Assembly (NCBI GenBank): GCA_017654855.1
Contig: CM030334.1
Coordinates: 1,054,001-1,118,000, forward strand
Direction of reading: 5' to 3'
Length of the DNA: 64,000 nucleotides
Source of the DNA: Podospora anserina
Taxonomy: Eukaryota
Program-made: the position numbers and the translations under genes
The notes under the pieces: generated by a model
What the model saw: the letters and a program-made list of their open reading frames with translations, nothing else
Told to the model about the DNA's origin: nothing
Databases searched by the model: none
Shown: positions 24,295 through 36,544 of the stretch, in pieces
Numbering within the stretch: position 1 is the first letter of the stretch
How the letters are laid out: each line of letters opens with the position of its first letter

Positions 24295-26097
24295 ATGAAG
24301 TCGCTTTTCCCATCCCGCCGCAAGCCGCCAGTTCAGATTCTCACTGATACCCAAGACCTTTTTGCTCATCTCCCGACCGAACTCATCATCCTCGTCCTCG
24401 AACAACTCAACACCTCCAGCGACATCATCTCGGCCCTCCACGTCTGTCGCAACTGGCGTGACATTCTCCTCTCTCCAGAGATATGGCCCTCCATCGCCGA
24501 CCGCCTGGCGCCAGGCCTCACCACCCACATCCGCGAGAGAAATTGTTCAGTCAACCTCCATGCCCAGGCCAAGGTATTCCAGTCCGCGTTGAACCTCCAC
24601 CACCTCTACCAGTCCGGGCTCTTTTCCCACGCTCGACACCACGTCGTGCGTGTAAATGATGGTTCTTTTACTCTTTCAAAGCAGGTCTCGGTCGAGTCGG
24701 GGGGTGTGCACTCCCTTGCTGAGGTCCCCGGTCTTGATCCATTGTCGGAAGAGCTGCATGTAACTCACGTGAGACTTTACAGCCATGGGAGGATTGCCTG
24801 GTGGCCTGAGGCGTGGCACTTACCTTACTTTGCGGTGGTGGATGATTTGAGGGCTAGAGTGAGGAGGATGTTTCTCTTTCCTGGGCAGGCTGAGCTCAGG
24901 GGGGAGGATCGGAGACGGGGGTGGAAGACTGCGTTGGGGGAGAAGTTGTTTGTTCTTGGGCAGGAGGACGCGGGGGTGTGTGTGTGGCATTTGGAGAGGG
25001 ATGAGATGAAGTTTGTGGAGCTGCCGGGGGGGTTTGACAGGTGTGTTGTGGATGGGGAGAGGTTGTTGTTCATTGGGCGGAGGAACGCCGAGGTTTGGCT
25101 GTGGGAGTGGGCAGGTGAACAAGGGGTGAGGGAGATTGATGTGGCGGGGGATGAACCTAGGTATGTGCCTGGGCCGGTGAGGATGGGTGGGCAGATTGTG
25201 CAAGGGTACCCGAGGCCGGCGCCGAAGTGGGGGTTGAGGTTTCAGGATACGGATGTCAAGGTTGATTTCATTCTGCATCCGAACGACTGGAGGGTGATTT
25301 TTGTGGTGACGTGGGATGAGGTTGATTTGGTGGTGAGTGAGTTTTATGAAGGGTGCATGAGGGCACGGATGGTATGCCCGCGTGAACATCTTGCGTATCG
25401 GGGGATGGTGAGATCGAGGACTGATCATGCGGTGCATTATCTGCGGACTGATAGATGTGATGGGCGTGGGGGATATGTTCTCATGACAGCTTGGGTTGGG
25501 GAGGAGCCGATGTGTGATGCTGGGCATAGGGGGAGCATAGTGTCTGTCTGCTTCAACGTCCACACCTCGGAGTTCAGCGCGCTTGTTCACCACGCATCAT
25601 ATCAACGAACGCCTGCTGCGCATCTCTGGGATGGCTTGCTGGCTGTCAGGGTGGCTGGAGAGGACCAAAATGGTCTTAAACCCGTCGTCGCACTTTTGAA
25701 GCCGTGTGATGCAGACGAGGGCAACGAGGCGACCTTACAACCGGGGAACCCGATGCCGGTACGCCTGATCAAGCAACCATCCAACACTATCACTCCAGCA
25801 GAGGGGAATATGACCTTTGTGAGTGAGGATGGCGAGATTCGGCCGCGCGCACAGTCTCTCCATGGTATGGCACATGCTTTCGAGGCTGGCGGGGATGCCC
25901 GGCAAGCAGGCACAGATGCGATGAAAGCTGAGTGGCTGAGTGGAGATGGCAAAACACTGGTGTATGTTGCCGGAAGGGATTATACGGTGTGGATGTTTGG
26001 GGAGGATGGTATTCCCAAGGAGAAGAAGGAGGTTCGCCTGTGGAAGGAGAGATTCAAGAACGCCATTGCTAGCACGGGGCGTGGAACGAGGGCATAG
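24295..26097 (+). CDS. F-box domain protein (600 aa)
   Basis: LFAHLPTELIILVLEQL...ALHVCRNWRDIL; long intronless ORF with a beta-rich C-terminus. Confidence 0.85.
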   Translation: MKSLFPSRRKPPVQILTDTQDLFAHLPTELIILVLEQLNTSSDIISALHVCRNWRDILLSPEIWPSIADRLAPGLTTHIRERNCSVNLHAQAKVFQSALNLHHLYQSGLFSHARHHVVRVNDGSFTLSKQVSVESGGVHSLAEVPGLDPLSEELHVTHVRLYSHGRIAWWPEAWHLPYFAVVDDLRARVRRMFLFPGQAELRGEDRRRGWKTALGEKLFVLGQEDAGVCVWHLERDEMKFVELPGGFDRCVVDGERLLFIGRRNAEVWLWEWAGEQGVREIDVAGDEPRYVPGPVRMGGQIVQGYPRPAPKWGLRFQDTDVKVDFILHPNDWRVIFVVTWDEVDLVVSEFYEGCMRARMVCPREHLAYRGMVRSRTDHAVHYLRTDRCDGRGGYVLMTAWVGEEPMCDAGHRGSIVSVCFNVHTSEFSALVHHASYQRTPAAHLWDGLLAVRVAGEDQNGLKPVVALLKPCDADEGNEATLQPGNPMPVRLIKQPSNTITPAEGNMTFVSEDGEIRPRAQSLHGMAHAFEAGGDARQAGTDAMKAEWLSGDGKTLVYVAGRDYTVWMFGEDGIPKEKKEVRLWKERFKNAIASTGRGTRA

Positions 26098-29000
26098 TGA
26101 GATGTGTGAGATGATGGGACGGGAAGGTTTGGTTGGATAACTTCTCGATTTGTATATTCGTATGGACCTCAATCTTTAGAATAAAAATAGGCTCTCCCGC
26201 CTTCAAGAACGAACCTTTCTCGAGACCATGGCATTCCAAGAGCAGGGCATTTCAATCTCTTCTGTTCCATGTTGGTGATAATGTGACAGCTGCAGCAAGC
26301 GACACTCTTTGGCACTGTCAATGCTCCGCAGGCTTATTATAGCGGGACCGAGTTTGACCCTTCGACGAAAATTTGCTGGCCACAATTCATCGGACCAATA
26401 CCCACCATATGCCCTGATCCTCCTGCTCGATTCTGGGTGTACCTTCCTTCAGATTGTGATTTCTCGTCCGGGCACCAGGCTGCTGAGGAATGGCGTGCCC
26501 GTCGTTGCACCCGACTACTTTGCCATCGGCAAGCTGCTTGTCCGGGCATGGACCTGGTGTTTGTAAAATTCTGAACGATGGCGGTGTTGCTTTATCTCGG
26601 AAAGAACCCCTTGGTTTATAACTCGCCTGCGGATGTCTCCATCTATCCGAACCTTCTCACTCAGATCAGTTGCCTGGAGACCATCACATAAAGACACTCG
26701 CGTCTACGACAATGATGCCTGCCATGACAGTGTTGATCTTTTGAAAGTCTACGCTATTGCCGTTCAAATAGGTATCTACCTGTAAGCGGGAGTTTCCACG
26801 GACACCAGCAAGAAATCCCACAAGACCCCCACACGTTCTTCAACCGATAGGACCGACCGACATTCTCGCCATCCGCAAGCACAGTGTGTCATCTTGGTAT
26901 AGACGGTCAGAGCCGCGGAGAATTGCAAGGTGCTACTTCTCTCGACGGGTAGAGACGGCTCGATCTGTGGCACGCCCTCGTCATCAGCGGTTTGGAGCTT
27001 CCACAGAAACCTTCTCAGAGTCATGACAGCATCTCGGAGATGCGAGAAATTTGTCATGTGGTTGAAAGAATCATCATCGCAAGGCACCATCTTATCCACT
27101 CGTCCGTGCCTTACTCGTCTGCCCTGGCGTTCCTGTCAACCGAAGCTCTTTAGGTCTGGCTTCCTTGGTGGTTCATGATCACCGTTTGAGCAAGTAGATT
27201 CGTAATCTGATGAGGCAGAGTGCTCCGTAATATAGATTAGATATGACCATGAGAGGAAGCAACTGCCCTGCGTCTCTGCAACCACACACACCCAAATGAC
27301 GGAGTTACTATAGCCACCCCGGGCCTGGATCAAGTCTGCCAGTGGCAGCCGGGGGTTAGTGGCTCATGCCTGGACCCGTGCATTCCTCCCTAGTCTCTCG
27401 CCCTTGCCCACACACAACTATGTTAGGAAATTGGAAAATCTCGTACCTTAGATTTCCTTCCACCTCCGCTTCCTGTTCCTCCAAACATTTTACCGCTTCA
27501 TCTGCCTTCTCCTGCCTCCTCGTTGAAATTCGTTTGTTCCTTCCGGAGATCACCAAAGGAAAACCTTTGTCTGAGAGGATGTGGCCGAGCTCCACGATGC
27601 ATTGTTCTTTTCTTCAGTTCCCTGGAATATCTCGCCATTAACAAGATGCCTCGCAATCGTCACGGGATGGCCTTCTCTCTGCCAGAGCCAGTCGAGATTC
27701 CGGTCTTGCACGCTGTGCTCGTGGTGTTGCCTCGCCAGTCTGCTTTCTCCAAGAGCCAGAGAGAATACATCATTGCTCAAGGACAGGCTGGCCGTGGGTT
27801 TTCGTACCTAGTAAGTTGTTTTCTTCTGTCTCTACCGTGACACATCAAGCCTTCTTCTGGGACTGATTCGATGGTTAGATTGGATGCTTGACGTGCTGCT
27901 CGCCCACTTCTTCGACATTCCCCCTGTGGACGCCAAGACCTGGTACCTCTATATTCACCGCTTCATCGAAAACTAGATATAGGTTCTGCTGTGTTGGTGT
28001 TTCGATTGGTTCACTGCTAATCACCCATGGACGACCTAGAATACCTCCATGTCGACGACGCTGAACCCACCTTGTCGCTTCAGGGAGGTTATTCCACACG
28101 ACACAATCCTTGAATTTTCAAGCCCTCTTTTGTACCAATCAATTGGCGGTGCTCTCGTCCAGAGCTGTCCTCGGCAGTCGCCGTGCATGGCTGTCTGCAA
28201 TTGAAGTTGTGTTCTTCTCGGTAGGTGGAAGGCTTTGCATTGACGCTTTTCCCTTGGCTCCGACTAATCCCTAGTAACAGGGAATCGGCACAAATGGCTC
28301 CAAGCCTGCAATCAAACTTCCGTCCCTGACAGGTTTGGCCATTTCTGCGTCGCATGGCAGACCGATCCTGCCTCACAGACCGAACCTTGCCATGTCTTGC
28401 CGACCCTGCCTGCGAACCGACCCTGGGTTATGAACTAGGTACCACTTCCTACATCTACAGGTATGATTCCATCTTGATCTGGCCCATCCTGAGGATCGAA
28501 AACTTACCACAATCCCTGTTTGTGACAGATTGTGCTTGAAAGGTTGCAAACAAGGCTCGCACCTTCCCATCAACGCGAACTGCGCTGTGATTCTGATCTC
28601 TAGTAGGTTACCAGTCCTCCCCACTTCGGAGCGTCATAAGACTGTCAACTGCCCTTTGTTTGTGCATAGAAACGAGAGGAAGCAGGTTATGCGTATGCAC
28701 TATGCGGTGGCGTGGATAACAAGCTCGAGCATTCCCTCTGCCTTGGTTCTCCAGCTTGCTCTATCGTATCCTCACGACGCTTCTCGACATTATGGATATT
28801 CATCGCAAGAACGCTGTTTGCAGGGTCAGATTGGAGCGGCCTCTCAGCTACCTGACTCCAGCAGCATACATTGCTGTGATTGCCTCGCCCAGGGAATGAC
28901 CTGCGTCACTAAGCTGTAAGCACAGTGATCTCCCACCTCGCTCTCCTGAAACCATGGCTAACAGATTCTTCGGTGTCAGTCCTCCTTGCTGACACCGATG

Positions 29001-31093
29001 GTTCCATCTCTTGACAATCCCTGCCCAAGAGCGCTCTCCTTTCTGCGAGATTGCCAGTCCTCAAGCACCGACCAGAGCCGCAAGGTCCCAAGACCCACCG
29101 TCAGCGAGACTGATCAAGATCTTTTGTCAATCTGCAAGCATAGTCCGACCACCACCTTTTGCAAGCTCTTTGGCGTTAATCACTGTGTACCCTTCCCGGG
29201 ACTCTGGTTCACACATCGTTGCCGATTATGCGGAGTGAAAGTCAGGTCAAAGCCCAGGCTTATCTGCCATTGCCCTTGTCAGCCCATTGCAATGGCCACC
29301 AGATCTCATTCTGCATCGTCACATCATGCGAGTACAGGGCAGACTTCACTTTGGCCCCTTCGACGACAGTCTCATACTGGCAAGTCAGACTCGAAGCATG
29401 CGACACGCTTAGGTTCCCCTTCGAAACATCGAGGCTGCGGGGAAGGCGACGAAAATCTGCTCTAGCCATGGCACCACCAACTGAGTTCCTGTTTTTGCGA
29501 GAGTATGCCTCAAACTCAGATTAGCAGCCTTGCAGGACAGTCTATCCATGGCCACAACGCCAGCATCCCTGACAAATCATGGCCCTCGGCCCCCCAGAAA
29601 ATATTGCGCCTTGAGCTGTGACACCACCGGAGGAGCTACCTTTTCCGAGCCTTCGTCCTCCTGCGAAACCCATGCTACCCTGGGATCGGCTGGTTGGGCG
29701 TCATTTACCTATGCTCCCGCCTATATGTGTGCGTTCGGTCTGTCCCTCTGACCTCTGCGATGACATGTCCGGTTCCCGGATCCCGTCCATGCTGTGACGG
29801 GCATCCTACGTTGAATCCTCGTTTCGCCAATGAGCAAGATTCCGATCTCAGCGAATGTCCCGTGTTCAAGGGCAAGGCCTCTGCCGGTCGAGTTCACCGA
29901 CGGGGACCTTGTTGCGACTTTTATGCCATCAAAGCCTCGTGGCTCAGGGAGCGCACCGGACCCGACATGAATGTCAAGTTCTTCCGACCATCAAACCCTA
30001 TCTCCAGACGAACTGTTTCAGGGCCTCGCTGCCCCAATGGCTTCTTGGCTTCGGGTGATTCGACTGTCTGATATCAGTGTCGCTCTAGCAGCTTTTACAA
30101 CCTGTACGATCGTTACTACTCTCCAGCGGAGATTCTTGTCTTACCCTGTCGCTCTGCCGACCTAACTTTGGAAGCTCTCGTCTCCTGACTGGAGGTCCAC
30201 GGGTTCATGCCAACGCCGCCGTCGACACCACCCCGGCGTTTGGCGGCCAGTCCCTCTTCCCGCGCCAGCATGGGTATCTCAGTCTCTGGGGCCCCAGCAC
30301 GCATAATTGGTCGTCCCGGACAGTTTTCCCTCTCAAGGCCATTGCCGTTTGAAGCCCTGTGAGTGCACATGGGAGAACCCTGGATGATCGACGAGGCGCG
30401 AGTCTGAACAGCAAGGTCACCAGCGTTTGCGGGCGACAACGACAACAACAAGAACAAGTGACGGGCATAGCCCAAAGGGGTTTTGTCAACGTTCGACACC
30501 GCCTATAATCAAAAGTCAGCAACCGAGACCTATGTCGAGCCCGAGCGCATGGCCTGTCCCTCCAAGCTTCATATGCAAGTCCGCCGGTTGGTCTCGTGTT
30601 GTTCAGCTTGGGTTGTTGACCAAGATAGAGCGTTATTTCTCTCTCGTACTCCCCCGAAAGATATTTCCCGCAGAGTGCCCAGCCCGGCGACATCACGTTG
30701 CCCGAGCTGGTGCCCTCAACGCCGAATACGTCGAGCCCTCCGGAGTCATGCGGATGGACAAAGCAGCCATCCAAGCATTAGAACTCTTCCGCAACTCGCG
30801 GTGCGTTGGTTGGCAAGCAGTGGTGGAAGACGTGTTTTTCGACGATCTGGCTGCAAGTGATGGAAAAGTCGTCCTTTTTCGACGTGGGATCCGGAGAGCT
30901 GGCGCTGGGTCACGAAGAACGTCCTCCAGCCGATGACGAACGGGGAGGAGATCAACCTCCACCACGACGCGGTGGAGATTCTGTGTGGCGACGAAGATGT
31001 GTTCCGGAAGCTAAGAGATTGGTTGAAGGGGTTCGAGAGACCTATGTATTGGACTTCTTTGCCATCAAAGCGCTAGTGGCTGAGACCTCTGGC

Positions 31094-31201
31094 CAACTGC
31101 TGTTCCTTGACGGTGGTCTTGGAACCACCCTCGAAACAATCCATGGCGTTAAGTTCTCCGAGTCGACGTCCCTGTGGTCTTCCCACCTTCTTTTGACGGG
31201 T
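31094..31201 (+). pseudogene. Isolated N-terminal fragment of homocysteine S-methyltransferase
   Basis: LLFLDGGLGTTLETIHGVKFSESTSLWSSHLLLT resembles the family N-terminus (ILDGGLGT..E...LWSS.LL); similarity stops after ~36 codons. Confidence 0.7.
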
Positions 31202-32727
31202 TTGCACTTTGCAGAGGTGGCGCGGAACACGATCATGCCTGCAGGACCGTTGCATTCTTGTGATCGGTCGGCTAGTCACCGGCACAGAGGCCAGGGCTCT
31301 TCAAGGCATGCCCGTCAAGGAGATGGTGAGTCTTGGTCCTAAGCCCCCGCCTTCAACCATGCTGTGAAACTGACAGTCGTATTTCAGGATGCAGATTTTG
31401 GCCGTGGCTCATCTGTGGGCGCATCTGCTTTCCCCTTCTGAATTCCCCAAGGTCTTATGGACGAGCAAGTGCGAAGCGTTGAGCGCCCGAATTCACCACC
31501 TAGGCAACTGTCCAGTCAGCACCGTCGAACATGGCACCCCCGTACAGGCTGTCAAGATTGCAGCGTGGTTGCGGGACCCTACAACAGCCAGCAAGTCAAT
31601 TTGTTCTGGCCAAGTGTCGGACCTTCGGTCGCAGAAGGGCTTGCCGTCAGCAGATCGGAACATCAAGGCTACTCTACTGCTTTCAAGCTTGTGTCGAAAA
31701 CCAAGTCTGCTGCAAAGGATTTACTCCGGCGCGTGCTGATATTACTATACGCGAATTACCGCAGTCCACTTCGAATTGTTCCTGCGGAGCGTTGCCAATT
31801 CCGTACCAACAAGTACAACATGCTCTTATCGATGAGATGCTCAGGCATCACCGCGAGGCCAACCTCATGCAGCACCTACTCGACCGAGTCCCTCAGACGT
31901 CAACCTTTCAGAATGACGACACGATTGCGCGCGGCAACCAATTGCAGCTGAGAGAGGTCCGACTTAAGGTTGAGTCGCGTGTTCGATTGCGTCCACCTTG
32001 AGCTTCTGCTGGCCAGCAAGACGGGTTTTGGGAGCCTCACCGGAGTCACCCAAACGTTACCCATTCAGAACCGTGACATGCTCGGTGAGACATTGGCACA
32101 GGTCCACTGTTCTTGTCATTTGCAAACTACGAGTTGACCTTTGTCGCAACGTTCGACGTTCTCAGAGCCCCCAGCTCTTTGGCATCCCAGCAGGCATGAA
32201 CATAGGTGAGACCCTTCCAAGAGTCAACTTCAAATTGTTTCTCAGACACTGACTGTGCTTCTGCATCAGGCAATGAAAACCTGTTTGAGCTTCTACTTAG
32301 ATGGGGAGGTCCAGTCCTACGGCCACCGACCGGACCAGTCATCTTTGTTGATCCACCGTCGCCCGTTCCTGATCATACACCTTCGAGGCCACCGGAGATG
32401 CGACCCCGTCTCTTCGGGGCTGTGACACACCGACTGTGGCGGTCAAGACAACCGCCAACGAGGGCAACAGCAAGTCGGAAGATCAACGCCGTCCGTCTAC
32501 TTATGGCATGTTTCCTTGTGTTTGCTATCCCACCGCTCACCCAGACGATCGCCAGTTCTTCATCGGCGGTGTATTCTTGCAGACACAGGAATCCAATTCC
32601 CTCTTCAAATGGGATCCACGAACCCCTACATGCCGCATTGTGCCGTAAAATGACCCTGGGGACTTTGTCGCCCCATCGTTGGTTCTGGAGCAGACTCCCT
32701 TTTGAGTATCGCTACTTAACATCGCTT

Positions 32728-32850
32728 TCGAGCATCCTTTCGAGCATCCTTTCGGGTATCTTTTCGACCATCCTCTCAAGCATCCTCTCAAGCATCCTTT
32801 TTAGCATTCTGTTCAAGTATCCTTTCAAGCATTCTTTTCAAGCATTTATT
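32728..32850. repeat. Degenerate 12-bp minisatellite (TCGAGCATCCTT) ~10 copies
   Basis: Direct reading; copies diverge progressively towards the 3' end. Confidence 0.85.
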
Positions 32851-34246
32851 TGACAATTATCTCTTTTCGGGCACACAAAATTCTCAAACCCACCAGGCCT
32901 TCGTCCAAGTCATTTCATAGGGAGTCGATATCGACCACACCTTTCCGCGCTCTACAGGGGCATTGGAGGATCGCTCCAGCAGTCTCGATCCGAATGCTTA
33001 TATTTCAACAAGAACTACGGAGCATGCAGCGGCTCTGCAAGATTTGTGTTTGTGGTTCAGGCACACCACCGGTTTATCGCCGGTGGGGGCACCACCGACA
33101 AGATGATGCCCAACCCGCACGTATATGGCCACCACCAGTATCCCCAGGGGCGCTCGGCCTGGATGCATCAGCAGACGTCGCAGAGGGTCATCCCGCTGGA
33201 GCGAGCTGACGGGGGGCGGCCGAAGGTGCTGAGGCCAACGCGGTCACAATGGCGTCAAGGCCCCGACGGAGAGCCAGCCCCACGAGAGATTTTATTCGAG
33301 GAGGGGGGAATGGTTCCTGGTCGGGCGAACTCTGCCCGATCAAGGATGTTGCTGTCCCCTGGAAGGGATGGAGGACGGCAGCCAGAATTGTTTGTTTTGT
33401 TTCTGTGTGAATATTCTCTGGGGACGTTCGGTGTAGTTTTGTTAACTTGGTAATCGATGGGGAGGGCCGACGAGGAGGACGAGGGGATCGTGATCAAGGC
33501 TTTGCGCTGTGTTGTTGTTGGTGTAGGGTGTGGATGTGGCGAAGACCGACGAGGAGGACGATACGGTGGGGTGGTGTAGGATAGGTGTAGTGGTGTTGTT
33601 GGTTGTGGAAGCAAAAGGACATCCTCCCCACAGGGTAGGCCGGGTGGTATATATCTCTACAGTGGTGTGGAGTGTGGATATTGGGAGTTGGTTTATGCGT
33701 TGGGCATATCGATGAATGGAAGAGATCAAGGAGGACGGACGAGGAATACACACAAACCCAGATGTGGAAGAGTGGTGCAGGGATAATGCAGTGGTGTTAT
33801 TGGTGTAGCGTACGGATATTATGCCAAGTTTGGAACCCAGACAGTTGATTTGAAGCATGTAATTGAACTGAAGATAATGTCTGACAAAAGAATCTTGTTG
33901 AACGACTTTCTGTGCCCTACAGTGATGAGTTCTGTCTACTACCACCATGGGCATGATCTACGTCTCACCGAGTGAGGTCAGTGCATGGCTCCATCACAGG
34001 AGAATTTTTGCACAGATCATCAATCATGTTCATTAACATATCCCTAACTCATCATGTACCCGAAAACCATTGCGCCAACCATTCCCATGCCCGTGTGCAA
34101 AAAAGCATCCCACCCAACACATGCCGCTATGTGATGCTGTCGTCAGCGAGAAAAGAAAATCCAGCACCGATATCTACCTCAACTCAGTCAATCTGTACAA
34201 AGAACCCATCCGACTTTTTTTCTTCTCCCCTCCTCCACTACCTACC

Positions 34247-36544
34247 TTAGGTAGCCGAAGCAGCCTGCGACGCCACCTCCTCCGCCGCCGCCGAATCCAA
34301 CTCCCTGGCCATCATCATAAAATGATTCGTTACCTTCCCCGTCATGGCCCTCTGCGGACTCCCGCTCCTGCTCTGACCAGCAGGCATGCTCATCGTCCTC
34401 GCCCTCCTCGACCCCGGCCTCGCAATCAGCTTCGGCCTAGGCGGCCTGCTCTCATCCAGCGCCGGCCTCGCCTGCTCCTTTGAAATCACCAACCCCTGCG
34501 TGATGGACATCAGCTCCCCATTCTCGACACAGCACATGCTCGGCCACACGACCAGCAGAATCTCGTCCGGGTCCACCTCGCCCTCAAACTCGTCTTCATG
34601 CTCGTGGGCCGAGTGGAGGCTCCCGTTGTCGGTGTCGTTGACGAGGAGCTTATCACCCGGCAGTGTACCAGCCGCACTGACCGTTCTGATCGAAGCCGGA
34701 ATGGGGACTTTACTCGCCTCTGCAAGCGCAGATTCAAGTCTTTCGTCGATGCTTGTCGGTGGAACTTCTTCGTCCGTCTCGACAGCCTTGTCGTTTTCAA
34801 TCGCCTCGGCAAACTCGGGCAGGTCCAGGACCTGCCAGTCGTAGTCGTCGTAGGGGGGGCCAAAGTAAGGCTCTATCTTCATGTTGGCTACCTGGATGCG
34901 CATCCACTGCTCGCATGCCAGCCGGCAGGCGGCTTCGAGGCCGGTGCAAAAGGCTTCGAACTGGAGGGCGGTTAGGAGGTGCTGGACCACCCAGGAGACT
35001 TCCCTGACGACCGTCTTGACGCGGCGGGCGGCTTGTTCGAGCTGGCGTTCTGGCATCATTGCCAGCATGGTGGCGCGGAAGTGGGCTTCGCGGGCTGGGT
35101 CGTCGTCTTCGAGGGCGCGGAGGAATTTGAGGAGGGGTTCGTCGTCGTCTTCAAGGAGGTAGTTGGGGCGGAAGATGTGCCTGTGGAGGGCGCGAGACAG
35201 GATGGCCAGGACGGCCGAGATGCGCATCCCTTTTGCGGCGGCGGTGTTGGACTGGGGGAGGGGGATTTGCAGCTGGGTGGCCATTTTGAGGTAGGGGGAG
35301 CTGCGGAGGTTGGTCCAGCAGGAGGCGTCGGAGAGGATGGCGTTGTCGATGTCGTGCCGGAAGGAGGTCTCGACGAGGGTGACGATGGTGGTCCAGATTT
35401 TGTCGAGGACGGCGACGTAGGTGTCTTCGTTGTCGTGCTGGAGCTCGATGCGGTACTGTTCGAGGTCGGCGAGCTTGTTGGAGGTTACTTCGAGGTTGTG
35501 CTCAGTGTCTTCGAGGCGGTTGTGGAGGTCGTGGTTTTCCGACTCGGCCTTTTCCGCGCGGGTGGTCTCGGTGGTGAGTTTACCGTGGAGCTCGTCGATC
35601 TCGTTGTTCTTTTCTTCCAAGGTTTGCTGGAGGGAGGTGATTTGCTCTTCGGCGGCCCGGAGGGACTCCTGGAGACCGGAGATCTCCTTATTCCTCTCTT
35701 CCAAGGCTGTCTCGAGAGTGGCAATCTTTTGCTTGGCAGCCTCCAGCTCTTCCTCCAACGCCTTCTCTGCCGCCTCCAGCCCCTCCGCCTTCTCCTTCAA
35801 GGCCTGAATCGTAGCGTCATTGTCGGCCTTGATCTGCTCAAGCGTCTTCTCCAACTCGGCCTTCGCCGCGGTCAATGCAGCAATCGTTCCCGCAGCCAGC
35901 ACGGCAGCAGCCGCCGCCGCCGCCTCGTTCGTCTTCTTCTCCTCCTCCACAGCAAGCTTCGCCGCCTCCAGGTCCTGATACTGCTTCGTCGTGAGCGCCT
36001 TAAGCTCCGACAACTCAAGCTTCTTCAAGTCCACCAGATCGGCATACTCCTGCTCCTTTCTCGCCTTGAGATCGGCATACTCCAGCGTCGTTTGATCCCT
36101 CAAATCGGCATACTTCTTTGCCGCCGCCTCCGCCGCATGTGTCGCGGCCTCGATCTCCTCCTCCAAGGCCCTGTGCGTCGCTTCCAAGTCGGTCTCTAAC
36201 CTTGTCCTGGTGGCAGTGAGCTGAAAGATCTCCTGGACCTTCTCCTGGACGACTAGCTCCATCTCTCGTCGCTCCTTGACGAGGATTTCCTTTTGGTCTT
36301 CGAGCTCATTGCGGAATTTGCGGTATTCCTCCAGTAATACTTGGTGAGAGGTGCTGAGTTGGTTGTTTTGCTCCTTGACGAAGAGGAATTCACTGAAGAC
36401 GTCGGCGACGAGCTTGTAGTTTGGGTCCGAGGTGAGATCGCGGATGGCGCGGACCAGGCCGTCGACCGCCTGGGCGGGGTCGGCATCTGGGTGCTGGGGG
36501 TGGTGGTTGTGGTGGTTGTGGTGTGGAGGAGCGTGAGAGCCCAT
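34247..36544 (-). CDS. 765-aa coiled-coil protein (resembles fungal proteins annotated MEI5-like)
   Basis: Long ORF with strong codon bias; E/K/A-rich coiled coil then globular domain (IPLPQSNT..AKGMR..HIFRP.Y, LVVWP). Confidence 0.85.
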   Translation of the reverse strand: MGSHAPPHHNHHNHHPQHPDADPAQAVDGLVRAIRDLTSDPNYKLVADVFSEFLFVKEQNNQLSTSHQVLLEEYRKFRNELEDQKEILVKERREMELVVQEKVQEIFQLTATRTRLETDLEATHRALEEEIEAATHAAEAAAKKYADLRDQTTLEYADLKARKEQEYADLVDLKKLELSELKALTTKQYQDLEAAKLAVEEEKKTNEAAAAAAAVLAAGTIAALTAAKAELEKTLEQIKADNDATIQALKEKAEGLEAAEKALEEELEAAKQKIATLETALEERNKEISGLQESLRAAEEQITSLQQTLEEKNNEIDELHGKLTTETTRAEKAESENHDLHNRLEDTEHNLEVTSNKLADLEQYRIELQHDNEDTYVAVLDKIWTTIVTLVETSFRHDIDNAILSDASCWTNLRSSPYLKMATQLQIPLPQSNTAAAKGMRISAVLAILSRALHRHIFRPNYLLEDDDEPLLKFLRALEDDDPAREAHFRATMLAMMPERQLEQAARRVKTVVREVSWVVQHLLTALQFEAFCTGLEAACRLACEQWMRIQVANMKIEPYFGPPYDDYDWQVLDLPEFAEAIENDKAVETDEEVPPTSIDERLESALAEASKVPIPASIRTVSAAGTLPGDKLLVNDTDNGSLHSAHEHEDEFEGEVDPDEILLVVWPSMCCVENGELMSITQGLVISKEQARPALDESRPPRPKLIARPGSRRARTMSMPAGQSRSGSPQRAMTGKVTNHFMMMARELDSAAAEEVASQAASAT

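Noticed and set aside
26150..33950. Starship or Spok-block element
   Set aside because: No DUF3435 tyrosine recombinase, Spok-like ORF or element boundaries recognised.
34979..36199. 406-aa plus-strand ORF, and similar long antisense ORFs (11591-12445, 39325-40038, 52187-53107, 59527-60687)
   Set aside because: Antisense shadows of codon-biased real genes on the opposite strand.
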